Assembly: GCA_045632585.1 (NCBI GenBank)
Contig: JAZQWW010000031.1
Coordinates: 1-47,332 of the forward strand
DNA length: 47,332 nt
Source of the DNA: Christensenellaceae bacterium
Lineage (GTDB): Bacteria > Bacillota > Clostridia > Christensenellales > Borkfalkiaceae
Reading direction: 5' to 3'
The translations under genes and the position numbers were made by a program. Positions 10,151 through 19,940 of the stretch are shown here, piece after piece; position 1 is the first letter of the stretch, and each line of letters starts with the position of its first letter. Under the pieces are notes generated by a model. It was given only the letters and a program-made list of their open reading frames with translations. It did no database searches and was not told the origin of the DNA.

Positions 10151-11314
10151 TTATTTAATTACTCTAACTTTAATAATTCCGTCAACGGATTCAAGGTGTT
10201 TAACGGCTTCATCACTAACGGATGAATCGGTATTGATTAAAGTCACTGCAAAACTGCCTTTAGAAGTATTTGCAAGGTTTTCAATGTTAATTTTTTCGCT
10301 ACCAATCGTTCCGGTAATTTGAGCCAAGATATTATTGATATTCTTATGAAGAATTACTAGTCTGTGTGCAGTAGTATTTGGCATTGAGCAGTTTGGATAG
10401 TTAACAGAGTTAACTATATTTCCGTCTTCAATATATTCCATAAGTTGTTTGGTTGCCATAACTGCGCAGTTATCTTCAGCCTCAGGCGTTGATGCGCCAA
10501 GGTGTGGAATACAAACGATATTTTCTTTGCCGATAAGTTCATCAGTAGGGAAGTCAACTACGTATCTACCAACTTTTCCGTTTTCAGTAGCGTTAATAAT
10601 ATCTTCGTTATTAACTAGTTCACCCCTTGCACAGTTAATAATAACCACGCCATCTTTCATTTTTGAAATCGTGTCAGCGTTTATCATACCCTTATTATCG
10701 GCAGTATAGGGGATATGTAAGGTTATATAGTCACATTTGCTATAAATATCTTCAATATCCTTTGCAACGCCGATTTTACGAGATAGTCTTAAAGCGCCGT
10801 TAACCGATAAATACGGGTCGTAGCCGATTACTTGCATGCCAAGGTCGATTGCAATATTTGCAACTAACGCACCAATAGCGCCAAGACCTATAACACCAAG
10901 TTTTTTGCCTTTAATTTCAGCGCCGATAAAGTTAGACTTGCCTTTTTCAACGAGTTTTGCAACTTCGTCGCCTTTGCCTTTTAGAGTGTCAGTCCACTTA
11001 ATAGCGTCAACAATTTTTCTTGAGCCTAAAAGTAGTGCGGTAATAACAAGTTCTTTAACTGCGTTTGCGTTTGCACCGGGGGTGTTAAAAACTACCACGC
11101 CTTTTTCAGCATATTCTTCGATAGGAATATTATTAACACCTGCGCCTGCTCTTGCAACAGCAACTACGCTTTCAGGAAGGTCGTAGTCGTGCATTTTAAA
11201 TGAGCGTAGCATTATTCCTACTGGATTTTCTACGTCGGCGCTGTACTTATAATCTTCAGTAAAAACGTCGCTTATAACGGGACTTATAGAATTTAGTAAA
11301 AGTATATTTTTCAT
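10151..11314 (-). CDS. serA: D-3-phosphoglycerate dehydrogenase (with C-terminal ACT-like domain)
   Basis: 2-hydroxyacid dehydrogenase fold (GVIGLGAIG, HIPYT, CARGELV, HLGAST). Overlaps the serC stop (TAATG on the minus strand). Confidence 0.9.
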   Translation of the reverse strand: MKNILLLNSISPVISDVFTEDYKYSADVENPVGIMLRSFKMHDYDLPESVVAVARAGAGVNNIPIEEYAEKGVVVFNTPGANANAVKELVITALLLGSRKIVDAIKWTDTLKGKGDEVAKLVEKGKSNFIGAEIKGKKLGVIGLGAIGALVANIAIDLGMQVIGYDPYLSVNGALRLSRKIGVAKDIEDIYSKCDYITLHIPYTADNKGMINADTISKMKDGVVIINCARGELVNNEDIINATENGKVGRYVVDFPTDELIGKENIVCIPHLGASTPEAEDNCAVMATKQLMEYIEDGNIVNSVNYPNCSMPNTTAHRLVILHKNINNILAQITGTIGSEKINIENLANTSKGSFAVTLINTDSSVSDEAVKHLESVDGIIKVRVIK

Positions 11315-12387
11315 TATTTGTTCTCCATTTCGAATTTCTTCATAAATTCGACAAGTGCTTTAACGCCTTCAATAGGCATTGCGTTGTAAATTGACGCTCT
11401 CATTCCGCCTGCAAGTCTGTGACCTTTAAGTGAAACTAAGCCGTTTTTGCTTGCTTCTGCAATAAACTTGGCGTCTAATTCTTCGCTTGGTGTCACGAAA
11501 GGCACGTTCATAAGCGAACGGTCTTTTTTGTTTACCTTATTTAAGTAGAAATTTGAGTTATCGATAAAGTCGTAAAGCATACTTGCTTTTTCTTCGTTAA
11601 TCTTCTGTATTGCTTTTACGCCACCTAGAGATTTTATCCATCTAAATACTAACATTGCCATATAGATAGGAAAGCATGGTGGGGTGTTATATAAACTATC
11701 GTTCTTATCTTGAATTGCATAGTCAAGCATAGTAGGGCAGATAGGTAGAGCCTTTCCGATTAGCGACTTTTTAACGATAACGATAGTTAATCCCGATGGA
11801 GCGATATTCTTTTGCGCACCTGCATAAAGCAAGCCAAATTTAGAAACGTCAATTTCTTCCGATAAAATGCAAGAAGAAAGGTCGCTAACTAGCGTAGCGT
11901 CGGTTTTTGGAAGAGAAGTATATCTCGTACCAAAAATGGTGTTATTATAGGTCGTATGAACGTAGTCTATACCATCACGGAACTTAATAGAATCCATATC
12001 TGGAATATACGTATAGTTAGATTCCTTTGAGGACGCTGCAATTGCCATATCGCCGTACTTTAAGCCTTCCTCATAGGCTTTAGATGCGAAATTACCAGTT
12101 AAAATGTAGTCTGCTTTTCCGTTTTGTAGTAAGTTTAGTGGTACTGCCGCAAACTGTTGGGAGGCGCCACCTTGAACGAATAACACTGAATAATCTTCAG
12201 GGATATTCATGAGTTCACGTAGTAAAGCGTTGGCTTCTGAGTTAACTGCCATAAAGGGTTTACTACGGTGACTCATTTCTGTAATACTCATACCCGTACC
12301 GTTAAAGTCAAGTAATTCTTTTTGTGCTTGCTCTAAAACGGGAAGTGGAAGAGTTGATGGGCCTGCTGCAAAGTTGAAAACTCTCAT
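11314..12387 (-). CDS. serC: Phosphoserine aminotransferase
   Basis: MRVFNFAAGPSTLP N-terminus, GAQKNIAPSGLT (PLP-Lys region), 357 aa. AAGGAG RBS. Confidence 0.94.
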   Translation of the reverse strand: MRVFNFAAGPSTLPLPVLEQAQKELLDFNGTGMSITEMSHRSKPFMAVNSEANALLRELMNIPEDYSVLFVQGGASQQFAAVPLNLLQNGKADYILTGNFASKAYEEGLKYGDMAIAASSKESNYTYIPDMDSIKFRDGIDYVHTTYNNTIFGTRYTSLPKTDATLVSDLSSCILSEEIDVSKFGLLYAGAQKNIAPSGLTIVIVKKSLIGKALPICPTMLDYAIQDKNDSLYNTPPCFPIYMAMLVFRWIKSLGGVKAIQKINEEKASMLYDFIDNSNFYLNKVNKKDRSLMNVPFVTPSEELDAKFIAEASKNGLVSLKGHRLAGGMRASIYNAMPIEGVKALVEFMKKFEMENK

Positions 12388-12422
12388 AAGAAATCTCCTT
12401 TTTTATGTAATTATTAACAAAT

Positions 12423-12451
12423 ATTATATATTTTTAGGTCGAATTTTGCAA
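12423..12451 (-). promoter_or_regulatory. Sigma-A-type promoter of serC-serA
   Basis: Minus strand reads TTGCAA, 17 nt, TATAAT. Confidence 0.5.
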
Positions 12452-12499
12452 GTAAATAATATAGAAATTTTAAAAATAAACATAGATAAGCAATAAATG

Positions 12500-12528
12500 T
12501 TTACAATTTAGCAAAAAAAGTGTATAAT
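12500..12528 (+). promoter_or_regulatory. Sigma-A-type promoter of rnj
   Basis: TTTACA, 17 nt, TATAAT. Confidence 0.5.
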
Positions 12529-12565
12529 ATTGAAGAAAAAACTAATATAAAGGACTAGATAAAAA

Positions 12566-14335
12566 TTGAGCAAAGAAATAATAAAAGGTAAAAACAAATC
12601 TAAGGATAAAAATATAAAAATACAACCCAAAAAATCAAAGGCTAAAAATCCACCTAAAAAACAAGAAAAAACTAGAAAATCAAAGCCAACGACTAAAGAA
12701 CTAAAGGTTATTTTTCTTGGTGGCGTAGGGGAAATCGGCAAGAATATGACTGCGTTAGAATACGGAAACGATATAATATTAATCGACGCAGGTATTAGTT
12801 TTCCCGATAGCAATATGCCCGGTGTTGATTTAGTTATGCCGGACGTTGAGTATTTAACTGAAAACAAGCATAAGGTTAAGGCAATAATAATTACCCACGG
12901 ACACGAAGACCATATAGGTAGTTTGCCTTATATTCTAAAAGACTTAAACGTTCCCGTATACGGAACAAAACTAACTTTAACCTTAATTGAAAACAAACTT
13001 AAGGAAATCAACTTAAACAATGCAATACTTAACTGCATTAGTGCGGGAAAAACCATAAAAGTTGGTAGTTTTTCTATAGAATTTATCAACGTAAATCACT
13101 CTATTGCAGGCGCTGTAGCGCTATCGATTACCACTCCCGTGGGCGTGGTTTTCCACTCTGGCGATTTCAAGATTGACTTTACGCCCGTTAACGGGGAAAC
13201 AACTGATTTAAGCCGTATTGCCGAAATAGGCGAAAAGGGTGTAATGCTACTTTTGGCGGACTCTACTAACGTAGAAATTGAAGGCACTACTATGAGTGAG
13301 TCGGTAGTTAAAGATACGTTAGAGCACGTTTTTGGGGATAACGCAAAACGAAGACTAATTATTGCGACGTTTGCATCGAACGTTCATAGATTACAGCAAA
13401 TTTTAGACTTAGCGTTAAAATACGGAAGAAAAGTTGCTTTTTCAGGCAAAAGTATGATAAATATTGCTGAAGCCGCCGAAAAAATCGGCGAACTCTTTAT
13501 TCCAAAAGGACTAATTGTTGACGTTGAAAGAGTTAAGAATTTTAGGGACGAAGAAATAGTAATAGTTTCAACGGGAACTCAAGGCGAACCGATGAGCGCA
13601 TTAACTCGTATGGCAAGCGGTGAATTTAACAAAGTTAAAATCGGCGAAAACGATACCGTCGTGATTTCAGCGTCGGTAATTCCCGGAAACGAAAAAATGA
13701 TATACGGCGTTATAAATAATTTATATAGGCTTGGCGCTGAAGTTATTTACGAATCGCTAGAACCTATTCACGTTTCGGGACACGCTTGTAAGGGTGAATT
13801 AAGGGTATTGCACTCGCTTATTAAACCTAAATTTTTTATTCCCGTACACGGCGAATATAGGCATCTTAAAAAGCACGAAAATCTTGCGCTTGATATGGGT
13901 ATGAAGCGTGGTAGTATTTTGATTGCCGATATTGGCGACAATATAATCTTTAACGGAAAGACTATGATACGTGGTGAAAAAGTCCACGCTGGTAGCAAGT
14001 TTATCGACGGTGCTAGTCAAGACGGTGCGGATAGTTATATTATTCGTGATAGAATTCAACTTTCTGAAGACGGTCTTATCGTTGCAGTAATTTGTGTGGA
14101 AGAATTTTCTGCGCAAGTGACTTCACTTGAAATTATTAGCAAAGGTATCGTGCTAAGCGAAAGTAATATTGAACAAGTAAAGGCAAATTTACTTAATATG
14201 CTAAAGCAAACCGACCTTAGAAAAATTGATAACGAAGCCGAATTAAATTCGCTAATAAGAAGAAATTTAAAGAACAATATATTTAAGACAACGAAGAAAA
14301 ATCCTATGATTTTACCTATCGTTATGGTGGTTTAG
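12566..14335 (+). CDS. rnj: Ribonuclease J, with a Lys-rich N-terminal extension
   Basis: KVIFLGGVGEIGKNM, ITHGHEDHIG (MBL motif), beta-CASP and C-terminal domain. Only a TTG (12566) opens the frame upstream of the conserved core. Confidence 0.9.
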   Translation: MSKEIIKGKNKSKDKNIKIQPKKSKAKNPPKKQEKTRKSKPTTKELKVIFLGGVGEIGKNMTALEYGNDIILIDAGISFPDSNMPGVDLVMPDVEYLTENKHKVKAIIITHGHEDHIGSLPYILKDLNVPVYGTKLTLTLIENKLKEINLNNAILNCISAGKTIKVGSFSIEFINVNHSIAGAVALSITTPVGVVFHSGDFKIDFTPVNGETTDLSRIAEIGEKGVMLLLADSTNVEIEGTTMSESVVKDTLEHVFGDNAKRRLIIATFASNVHRLQQILDLALKYGRKVAFSGKSMINIAEAAEKIGELFIPKGLIVDVERVKNFRDEEIVIVSTGTQGEPMSALTRMASGEFNKVKIGENDTVVISASVIPGNEKMIYGVINNLYRLGAEVIYESLEPIHVSGHACKGELRVLHSLIKPKFFIPVHGEYRHLKKHENLALDMGMKRGSILIADIGDNIIFNGKTMIRGEKVHAGSKFIDGASQDGADSYIIRDRIQLSEDGLIVAVICVEEFSAQVTSLEIISKGIVLSESNIEQVKANLLNMLKQTDLRKIDNEAELNSLIRRNLKNNIFKTTKKNPMILPIVMVV

Positions 14336-14923
14336 GTGTTAGAGAAAATTTACGAATTAAGAGAAATAGCCAAAAAAAACGGCGAACCGATACTTCGAGA
14401 TAAATCGTTTGAAAAACTACTAGATATAATTCGAAATAAAAAACCTAATCGTATTTTAGAAATAGGTACTAACGTAGGGCTAACCGGAACGGCAATGCTA
14501 TTATCTAGCGAAAACTCACGCCTAACGGGCATAGAAATCGACGAAGAAAAGATTGTTATTGCCAAAGAAAATTATAGGGCTTTCGGCGTTGAAGAAAGGG
14601 CTAAAATATTTTGGGGCGACGCATCCGAAATTATTCCTGTGTTAACGGGAACGTATGATTTTATATTCCTAGACGGACCTAAAGGTCATTACTACGAATA
14701 TTTAGGCAATTTACTTTCCGTGCTAGAAGTCGGTGGGATATTGTTTGCCGATAACGTGTTGTTTCGTGGATACGTTAACGGCAGGGTAAAAACGCCAAAA
14801 CGCTATAACACGACTAGGCATAGCATGGAAAAATTTATTAAAGGAATTACCGAAAACGAAAATCTAAAAAGTGAAGTAATAGATTTAGAAGACGGAATAA
14901 GTATAACGGAAAAACTAAAATGA
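14336..14923 (+). CDS. trmR: Class I SAM-dependent O-methyltransferase (YrrM/TrmR-like)
   Basis: ILEIGTNVG SAM motif, FIFLDGPKGHY, caffeoyl-CoA O-MT-like layout. GTG start directly after the rnj TAG. Followed by a U32 gene, as in B. subtilis yrrM-yrrN-yrrO. The family call is firm; the specific tRNA role is inferred. Confidence 0.75.
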   Translation: MLEKIYELREIAKKNGEPILRDKSFEKLLDIIRNKKPNRILEIGTNVGLTGTAMLLSSENSRLTGIEIDEEKIVIAKENYRAFGVEERAKIFWGDASEIIPVLTGTYDFIFLDGPKGHYYEYLGNLLSVLEVGGILFADNVLFRGYVNGRVKTPKRYNTTRHSMEKFIKGITENENLKSEVIDLEDGISITEKLK

Positions 14924-16134
14924 GAAAAATCGAATTATTAGCGCCGGCAGGCGATATGAATAAACTAAAGACGGCTTTTTATTACGGTGCAGACGCAGTG
15001 TATCTTGGTGGAAAATCAATGAGTTTGCGTGCTCAAGCGGGCAACTTTTCTAACGAAGAAATTATAGAAGCGGTAAAATACGCTCACTCACTTAATAAAA
15101 AAGTTTACGTGACCGTAAATATTTTTGCAAGAAACACCGATATTGCTCTTGCTGAAGAATACTTTAAGTTTTTAGAAAGCGCTGATATTGACGGTGTTAT
15201 AATTTCAGACACGGGACTTATTTACACTTGCAAAAGCGTAGCACCAAAACTTGATATCAATATTTCAACCCAAGCCAACACCTTAAACTATAAAACGGTA
15301 GAGTTTTGGAAAAATCACGGCGTAAAAAGAGTTATTCTAGCAAGAGAATTGTCGCTAAAAGAAATAGCAACCATAAAAGAAAAAGTGCCTGATATGGAAA
15401 TAGAAACTTTTATTCACGGCGCAATGTGTATTGCGTATAGTGGTAGATGCTTGCTTTCCGATTATAGAACGGGAAGAAGTAGCAACCGTGGCGAGTGTGT
15501 TCAGGCTTGCAGATGGAACTACGAGATAAGAGAAAAAGGTTCTAACACCGAATTTCTTGAAATGGAAGAAGACGAACGTGGAACTTATATAATGAATAGT
15601 AAGGACCTTAACTTAATTGATTATATCGCCGAACTTGACGATGCCGGCGTATGCTCGTTTAAGATTGAAGGAAGAATGAAAAGCGAATATTATATTGCAA
15701 CCGTTATAAACGCTTATAGACGAGCAATAGACGCTTACTATCAACTTGGCAAAGATTATAAAAACGATAAATTATTTAATGAAGAATTAGATAAAACGGC
15801 GCATAGAGATTTTACAACGGCTTACACTTTAGGTGAAAATCACAAAACGGTAAACTATAACGATAGTCAAAGCAAAGGTACTAGAAAGTTTATCGCTAGC
15901 GTAATTGAAGGAAACGAAAATAGGGATTACGCTTTAGTTGAAATGCGAAATAGGTTCAAAGTTGGTGATGATTTAGAAGTTTTATCTCCAAGTGATAGTT
16001 TTAATAAGATAATAAAAGTTGAAAAAATGACGGATGAATACGGTAATGAAATTAACGACGCTAAACTCGTTCAACAAAAAATTAAACTTTATACTAATAT
16101 CCCGTTATCAAGTGGAGATATTTTAAGAATTTAA
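14920..16134 (+). CDS. Peptidase U32 family protein (TrhP/YrrO-like, tRNA ho5U formation)
   Basis: ELLAPAGD N-terminus, Cys-rich AMCIAYSGRCLLS...ECVQACRW segment, KIEGRMK. ATGA overlap with the upstream methyltransferase. Confidence 0.85.
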   Translation: MRKIELLAPAGDMNKLKTAFYYGADAVYLGGKSMSLRAQAGNFSNEEIIEAVKYAHSLNKKVYVTVNIFARNTDIALAEEYFKFLESADIDGVIISDTGLIYTCKSVAPKLDINISTQANTLNYKTVEFWKNHGVKRVILARELSLKEIATIKEKVPDMEIETFIHGAMCIAYSGRCLLSDYRTGRSSNRGECVQACRWNYEIREKGSNTEFLEMEEDERGTYIMNSKDLNLIDYIAELDDAGVCSFKIEGRMKSEYYIATVINAYRRAIDAYYQLGKDYKNDKLFNEELDKTAHRDFTTAYTLGENHKTVNYNDSQSKGTRKFIASVIEGNENRDYALVEMRNRFKVGDDLEVLSPSDSFNKIIKVEKMTDEYGNEINDAKLVQQKIKLYTNIPLSSGDILRI

Positions 16135-16141
16135 AAATATA

Positions 16142-16163
16142 AGCCCCCGAATTTTCGGGGGCT
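16142..16163. terminator. Hairpin terminator between the U32 gene and the AraC gene (convergent)
   Basis: AGCCCCCGAA / TTCGGGGGCT GC-rich stem. Only short T/A tracts on either side. Confidence 0.6.
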
Positions 16164-16168
16164 TTAAC

Positions 16169-16930
16169 TTATTCTCTGTATTTAGTTTTTATTCTATAAT
16201 AGGTTTGAAAACTGTTAAAACCTGCATCAAAAATTGCTTGTGTTTTCTTGACGTTTTTTTGTTTCATTAGTTCTTCAACTTTCTCTAGCCTTAACTTATT
16301 TAGGTATTCTGGTAGCGACGAGTTTACGTATTTTTTGAAGGTTCTTGATACGTGTGCCGTCGAATACCCAAGCGCACTTGCAATGCTAGATAGAGTGATA
16401 TTTTTGGTTATGTTATTTTCTATGAAAAGAAGTAAATCTAAAATAATAGTTTTTTCATTATTTTCATTGATTTCAGTAAAAGATAATTTTTCTTCAAGAA
16501 TTGAAAATATAAGTTCTATTGCGCCTTTTTTTACGTTTTCGTTGTAATCGGCAATTAAATATTCTTTTATTAAAAAATATAGTTTTTCGGTTAAATGTTT
16601 GTCGCTTATAATTGGATTTTTAACCGTTCCATTATGTCTAGAAAAAAAGTTTATAGCGTAATCCCTTGGAACTAATATGCAAATAGCGTCAATATCGTTA
16701 GTTAATGGTCCTTCATACGAGTGAACTGCAAAACTGTCTAGAAAAAGCACGTCGCCACCGTTTAGCGTATAACTTTCCTTGTTCACGCTAACGCTATAAG
16801 AACCTTTTCTTAAAATAAAAAGTTCAATTCTTCTATGAAAGTGTGACGGATATACGTAATTTTCTTTATCACGCTTAACTATCACTAATTTATTATCATT
16901 ATCTCTAAAATACTCGTAAAATACTTTCAT
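16169..16930 (-). CDS. AraC family transcriptional regulator (cupin + HTH)
   Basis: N-terminal cupin-like HFHRRIELF. C-terminal AraC HTH (LSSIASALGYSTAHVSRTFKK ... GFNSFQTYYR). Only one possible start codon. Confidence 0.88.
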   Translation of the reverse strand: MKVFYEYFRDNDNKLVIVKRDKENYVYPSHFHRRIELFILRKGSYSVSVNKESYTLNGGDVLFLDSFAVHSYEGPLTNDIDAICILVPRDYAINFFSRHNGTVKNPIISDKHLTEKLYFLIKEYLIADYNENVKKGAIELIFSILEEKLSFTEINENNEKTIILDLLLFIENNITKNITLSSIASALGYSTAHVSRTFKKYVNSSLPEYLNKLRLEKVEELMKQKNVKKTQAIFDAGFNSFQTYYRIKTKYRE

Positions 16931-16936
16931 AGTTAT

Positions 16937-16945
16937 ATTATGTCA
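16937..16945 (-). promoter_or_regulatory. Extended -10 element 6 nt upstream of the AraC ATG
   Basis: Minus strand reads TGaCATAAT-ATAACT-ATG. No SD is present. Confidence 0.35.
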
Positions 16946-17027
16946 AAAAATGAGAATAAAATCAAGTAAAATTATATATTATTTGGAAAAATGTTTTGTT
17001 AAAATATTAAATAAATAGGAGATGTTT

Positions 17028-18668
17028 ATGACTAATTTTAGATTAACTGCAGAAAGAAGATTGAAGTATCAAGAAATAGTAGATAAAATGAGCGTTGTCG
17101 AACTAGTAGGACAAGTAATGTGTTTAGGTAATCCACACAAAAAATCCTATGAAGAGTTCAGAGAGTTTTGTTCTAAAAGAAAACCCGGTGGCTTTTACGT
17201 TGCAGATTTAGAAAAAGACGTTGTTAAGGAATATATAAAAATAGCAAACGAAGAATGTTCAGTTCCGGTAATCGTTTCCGCAGACGTTGAACACGGTCCG
17301 GGCGAAGCCGTTCCTAACGAGACGTTTATTCCAAACGCTATGGGTCTTGGTGCGTGCGACGATTCTAATCTTATTGAAGAAACCTGCGAAAAGATTTCTA
17401 AAATTTGTCGACAAAACGGTATATCGTGGACCTTTTCGCCAGTCGTAGACCTTAACGTAAATCCAGACAACCCAGAATCAAATACTCGTTCTATAAGCGA
17501 CGATCCTGATAGGGTTATTAAAATTGCAACGGCACAAATGAAAGGCTTTCAAAAGAACGGACATTTGGTTGTCACCGCTAAGCATTTCCCGGGACAAGGT
17601 ACTGACGATAGAAATACTCACTTTGTGACTGCAATCAATCCGTATTCAAGAAGAAAATGGCTTAAAACATACGGTAAAGTTTATAAAGCAATGATAAAAG
17701 AAGGAGTACCGTCAATAATGATAGGGCACATTGCTCTTCCGTCGTTTGAAAAGGAATTCGACGATTTCCACGGCGCGCAAACGGCGTCGCTTTCAAAGGC
17801 GTTAATGACAGACCTACTAAAGAAAAAGTTAGGTTTTGACGGTTGTATAGTTTCTGATGCTATGTGTATGATTGGATTAGCGTCAAGATACCCGATTGAC
17901 GAACTTATCGTTAGATTTTTTAATGCTGGTGGGGATATGTATTTATTCCCTCTCGAAAAGGAAATAGATAGACTTATTGAGGCCGTAAATTCTGGTGAGG
18001 TTTCGATAGATAGAATTAAGGACGCCGCTATTAGAGTTTTATATTTAAAAGATAGAGCAAGACTATTTGAAAATCAAGAAAAGATTGATGAAGAGACTAA
18101 AGAAAAAGTAGACCTTGAATCTAGTGCAAACGCTATTGCGGATAAGAGTATAAAAGTTCTTAGAAATATGAACGGTACTATTCCGTACGATATAAAGAAA
18201 GGAAAAAGAGTTCTGTTCCTAAATATGCTAGAAAACTTTTACCACGATAAACCGAAAGGCGACGAGTTTAAAGGACTACGTGAAGAGTTTGAAAAGGAAG
18301 GCTTTGAAGTTAAGGAAATATTCGTTCCTACCTACGATCAGGTAAAGCAAGAGCGAGATAAACACGACCTAATTCTTCTTAACGCAAGATTTAGTTCTGC
18401 AAACTATCACGGTGGCTCGCTTAGAGTTGCATGGGATAACATAATGGTTCTTTGGCACGCACACGTTCTAGGACACCCAAACGTAATTATGACTTCGTTT
18501 GGTGATCCGTATAAGATTAGAGAGTTCCCGTATATGAAGGAATACATCAACGCCTTTTCAGAAACGGAAGCAACGCAAAGAGCAGTAGCAAAAGTAATAC
18601 TAGGCAAAATACCGGCACAAGGTAAAAACCCAGTAAGCTTAAAACCTTATTTCGAATTAGAAAAATAA
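17028..18668 (+). CDS. Glycoside hydrolase family 3 (NagZ-like beta-N-acetylhexosaminidase/beta-glucosidase)
   Basis: KHFPGQGTDDRNTH and VSDAMCM (GH3 catalytic region), two-domain size. The second ATG (17028) is better spaced from AGGAG than 17022. Confidence 0.85.
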   Translation: MTNFRLTAERRLKYQEIVDKMSVVELVGQVMCLGNPHKKSYEEFREFCSKRKPGGFYVADLEKDVVKEYIKIANEECSVPVIVSADVEHGPGEAVPNETFIPNAMGLGACDDSNLIEETCEKISKICRQNGISWTFSPVVDLNVNPDNPESNTRSISDDPDRVIKIATAQMKGFQKNGHLVVTAKHFPGQGTDDRNTHFVTAINPYSRRKWLKTYGKVYKAMIKEGVPSIMIGHIALPSFEKEFDDFHGAQTASLSKALMTDLLKKKLGFDGCIVSDAMCMIGLASRYPIDELIVRFFNAGGDMYLFPLEKEIDRLIEAVNSGEVSIDRIKDAAIRVLYLKDRARLFENQEKIDEETKEKVDLESSANAIADKSIKVLRNMNGTIPYDIKKGKRVLFLNMLENFYHDKPKGDEFKGLREEFEKEGFEVKEIFVPTYDQVKQERDKHDLILLNARFSSANYHGGSLRVAWDNIMVLWHAHVLGHPNVIMTSFGDPYKIREFPYMKEYINAFSETEATQRAVAKVILGKIPAQGKNPVSLKPYFELEK

Positions 18669-18674
18669 AATTAG

Positions 18675-18706
18675 AACCCCGAAAAATTCGGGGTTTTATT
18701 TTTTTA
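18675..18706 (+). terminator. Rho-independent terminator after the GH3 gene
   Basis: AACCCCGAA / TTCGGGGTT stem followed by TTTTATTTTTTT. Confidence 0.8.
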
Positions 18707-18786
18707 AATTGCTAATTTAAATATTGAATTGACAAGTGCTTTTTTGTGTGTTAAAGTATAAGAAAACAACATTTAGAAGGTGCGAT

Positions 18787-19896
18787 ATGAAATTATTATT
18801 TGGTGCAGACTTAGTTCCTACTGAAAATTCAGAACAATTATTTATCGACAAGGACTTTAAAACTTTGTTTGGTGACATTAAAGATATTGTTAGTAAATAC
18901 GATAGATTTATAGTAAATAACGAATATGCTTTAACTAACGAAGAGCAGGGCATTAGAAAAATGGGACCTTGTTTAAAGGCAGACCCAAGATGCGCTGATG
19001 CAATGAAGGAATTCGGCATTACCGATGCTATGCTTGCAAATAATCACGTTATGGACTACGGCATTAAAGGTTTAAGAGATACCGTTTACCATCTTGAAAG
19101 AGTAGGTATTGGCTATGCAGGTCTTGGTGAAAACGACGAAGATTCAAGAAAGGCTTATTACATAGAAGATAAGGACGTAAAAGTAGCCATTATTAACGTT
19201 TGTGAACACGAATATTCTTACGCTCTTCCTAATAGATTTGGAACTAATCCTTATTCGCCTTTTAAGACTATGAGAGATATCAAAAAAGCAAAGGAAAATG
19301 CTGATTACGTTATCGTAATTTATCACGGCGGAAAAGAATATTGTTGCTATCCTTCGCCAAGATTATTAGAACATTCTCGAGAAATGATTTTATCGGGTGC
19401 CGACGTTGTTTTAACTCAACATAGCCACTGTATAGGTTGTTATGAAGAATACGAAGGCGGACATATTTTATACGGTCAAGGCAATTTCCACTTCGTTAAA
19501 GAAAATAGTAATAAAGGGTGGTACACAAGTTTGCTAGTTGGTCTTGAAATTGATAATGGAATTAAAGTAAATTTCTATCCAATTTATCAAACCGAAAAGG
19601 GTATGGACGTTGCTAAAGGCGAAAAAGCAAACGAAATTATGTCTGCTTTTGAAAAAAGAAACAAGCAACTATTAGACGGCACTTGGACTGAAGGTTGGGA
19701 CGAATTTTGCAAGTCTGTTGAAGGAACTTATAGATATTGCTTAAGTCCACAACACGCTATCGACTTTGAAAACTATAAACCGGGTAGTGGCAAAGATATG
19801 TCCGACCAAGTTATTGCCCACTACGTTGACTGCGAAGCACACGAAGACGTTATTAGACATTTATTTAGAACTTGGCACTTAACCGAAAAATATTAA
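18787..19896 (+). CDS. CapA/PGA_cap family (metallophosphoesterase-like) protein
   Basis: FGADLVP, LANNHVMDYG, IVIYHGGKEY, LTQHSHC, a typical CapA-family motif series. ATG 18787 follows GAAGGTG. Confidence 0.8.
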   Translation: MKLLFGADLVPTENSEQLFIDKDFKTLFGDIKDIVSKYDRFIVNNEYALTNEEQGIRKMGPCLKADPRCADAMKEFGITDAMLANNHVMDYGIKGLRDTVYHLERVGIGYAGLGENDEDSRKAYYIEDKDVKVAIINVCEHEYSYALPNRFGTNPYSPFKTMRDIKKAKENADYVIVIYHGGKEYCCYPSPRLLEHSREMILSGADVVLTQHSHCIGCYEEYEGGHILYGQGNFHFVKENSNKGWYTSLLVGLEIDNGIKVNFYPIYQTEKGMDVAKGEKANEIMSAFEKRNKQLLDGTWTEGWDEFCKSVEGTYRYCLSPQHAIDFENYKPGSGKDMSDQVIAHYVDCEAHEDVIRHLFRTWHLTEKY

Positions 19897-19910
19897 AAAT
19901 ATAAAAAATT

Positions 19911-19940
19911 AAACTCCCCAAAACTTTGGGGAGTTTTTTA
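19911..19940. terminator. Bidirectional terminator between the CapA-like gene and tetR
   Basis: AAACTCCCCAA / TTGGGGAGTTT 11-bp stem, 4-nt loop, T6 tract. Overlaps the tetR stop codon. Confidence 0.8.

Noticed and set aside
12508-12867. 119-aa minus-strand ORF across the rnj promoter and 5' end
   Set aside because: It runs through the rnj promoter and the Lys-codon-rich region (giving poly-Phe/Leu on the opposite strand), so it is a compositional artefact.
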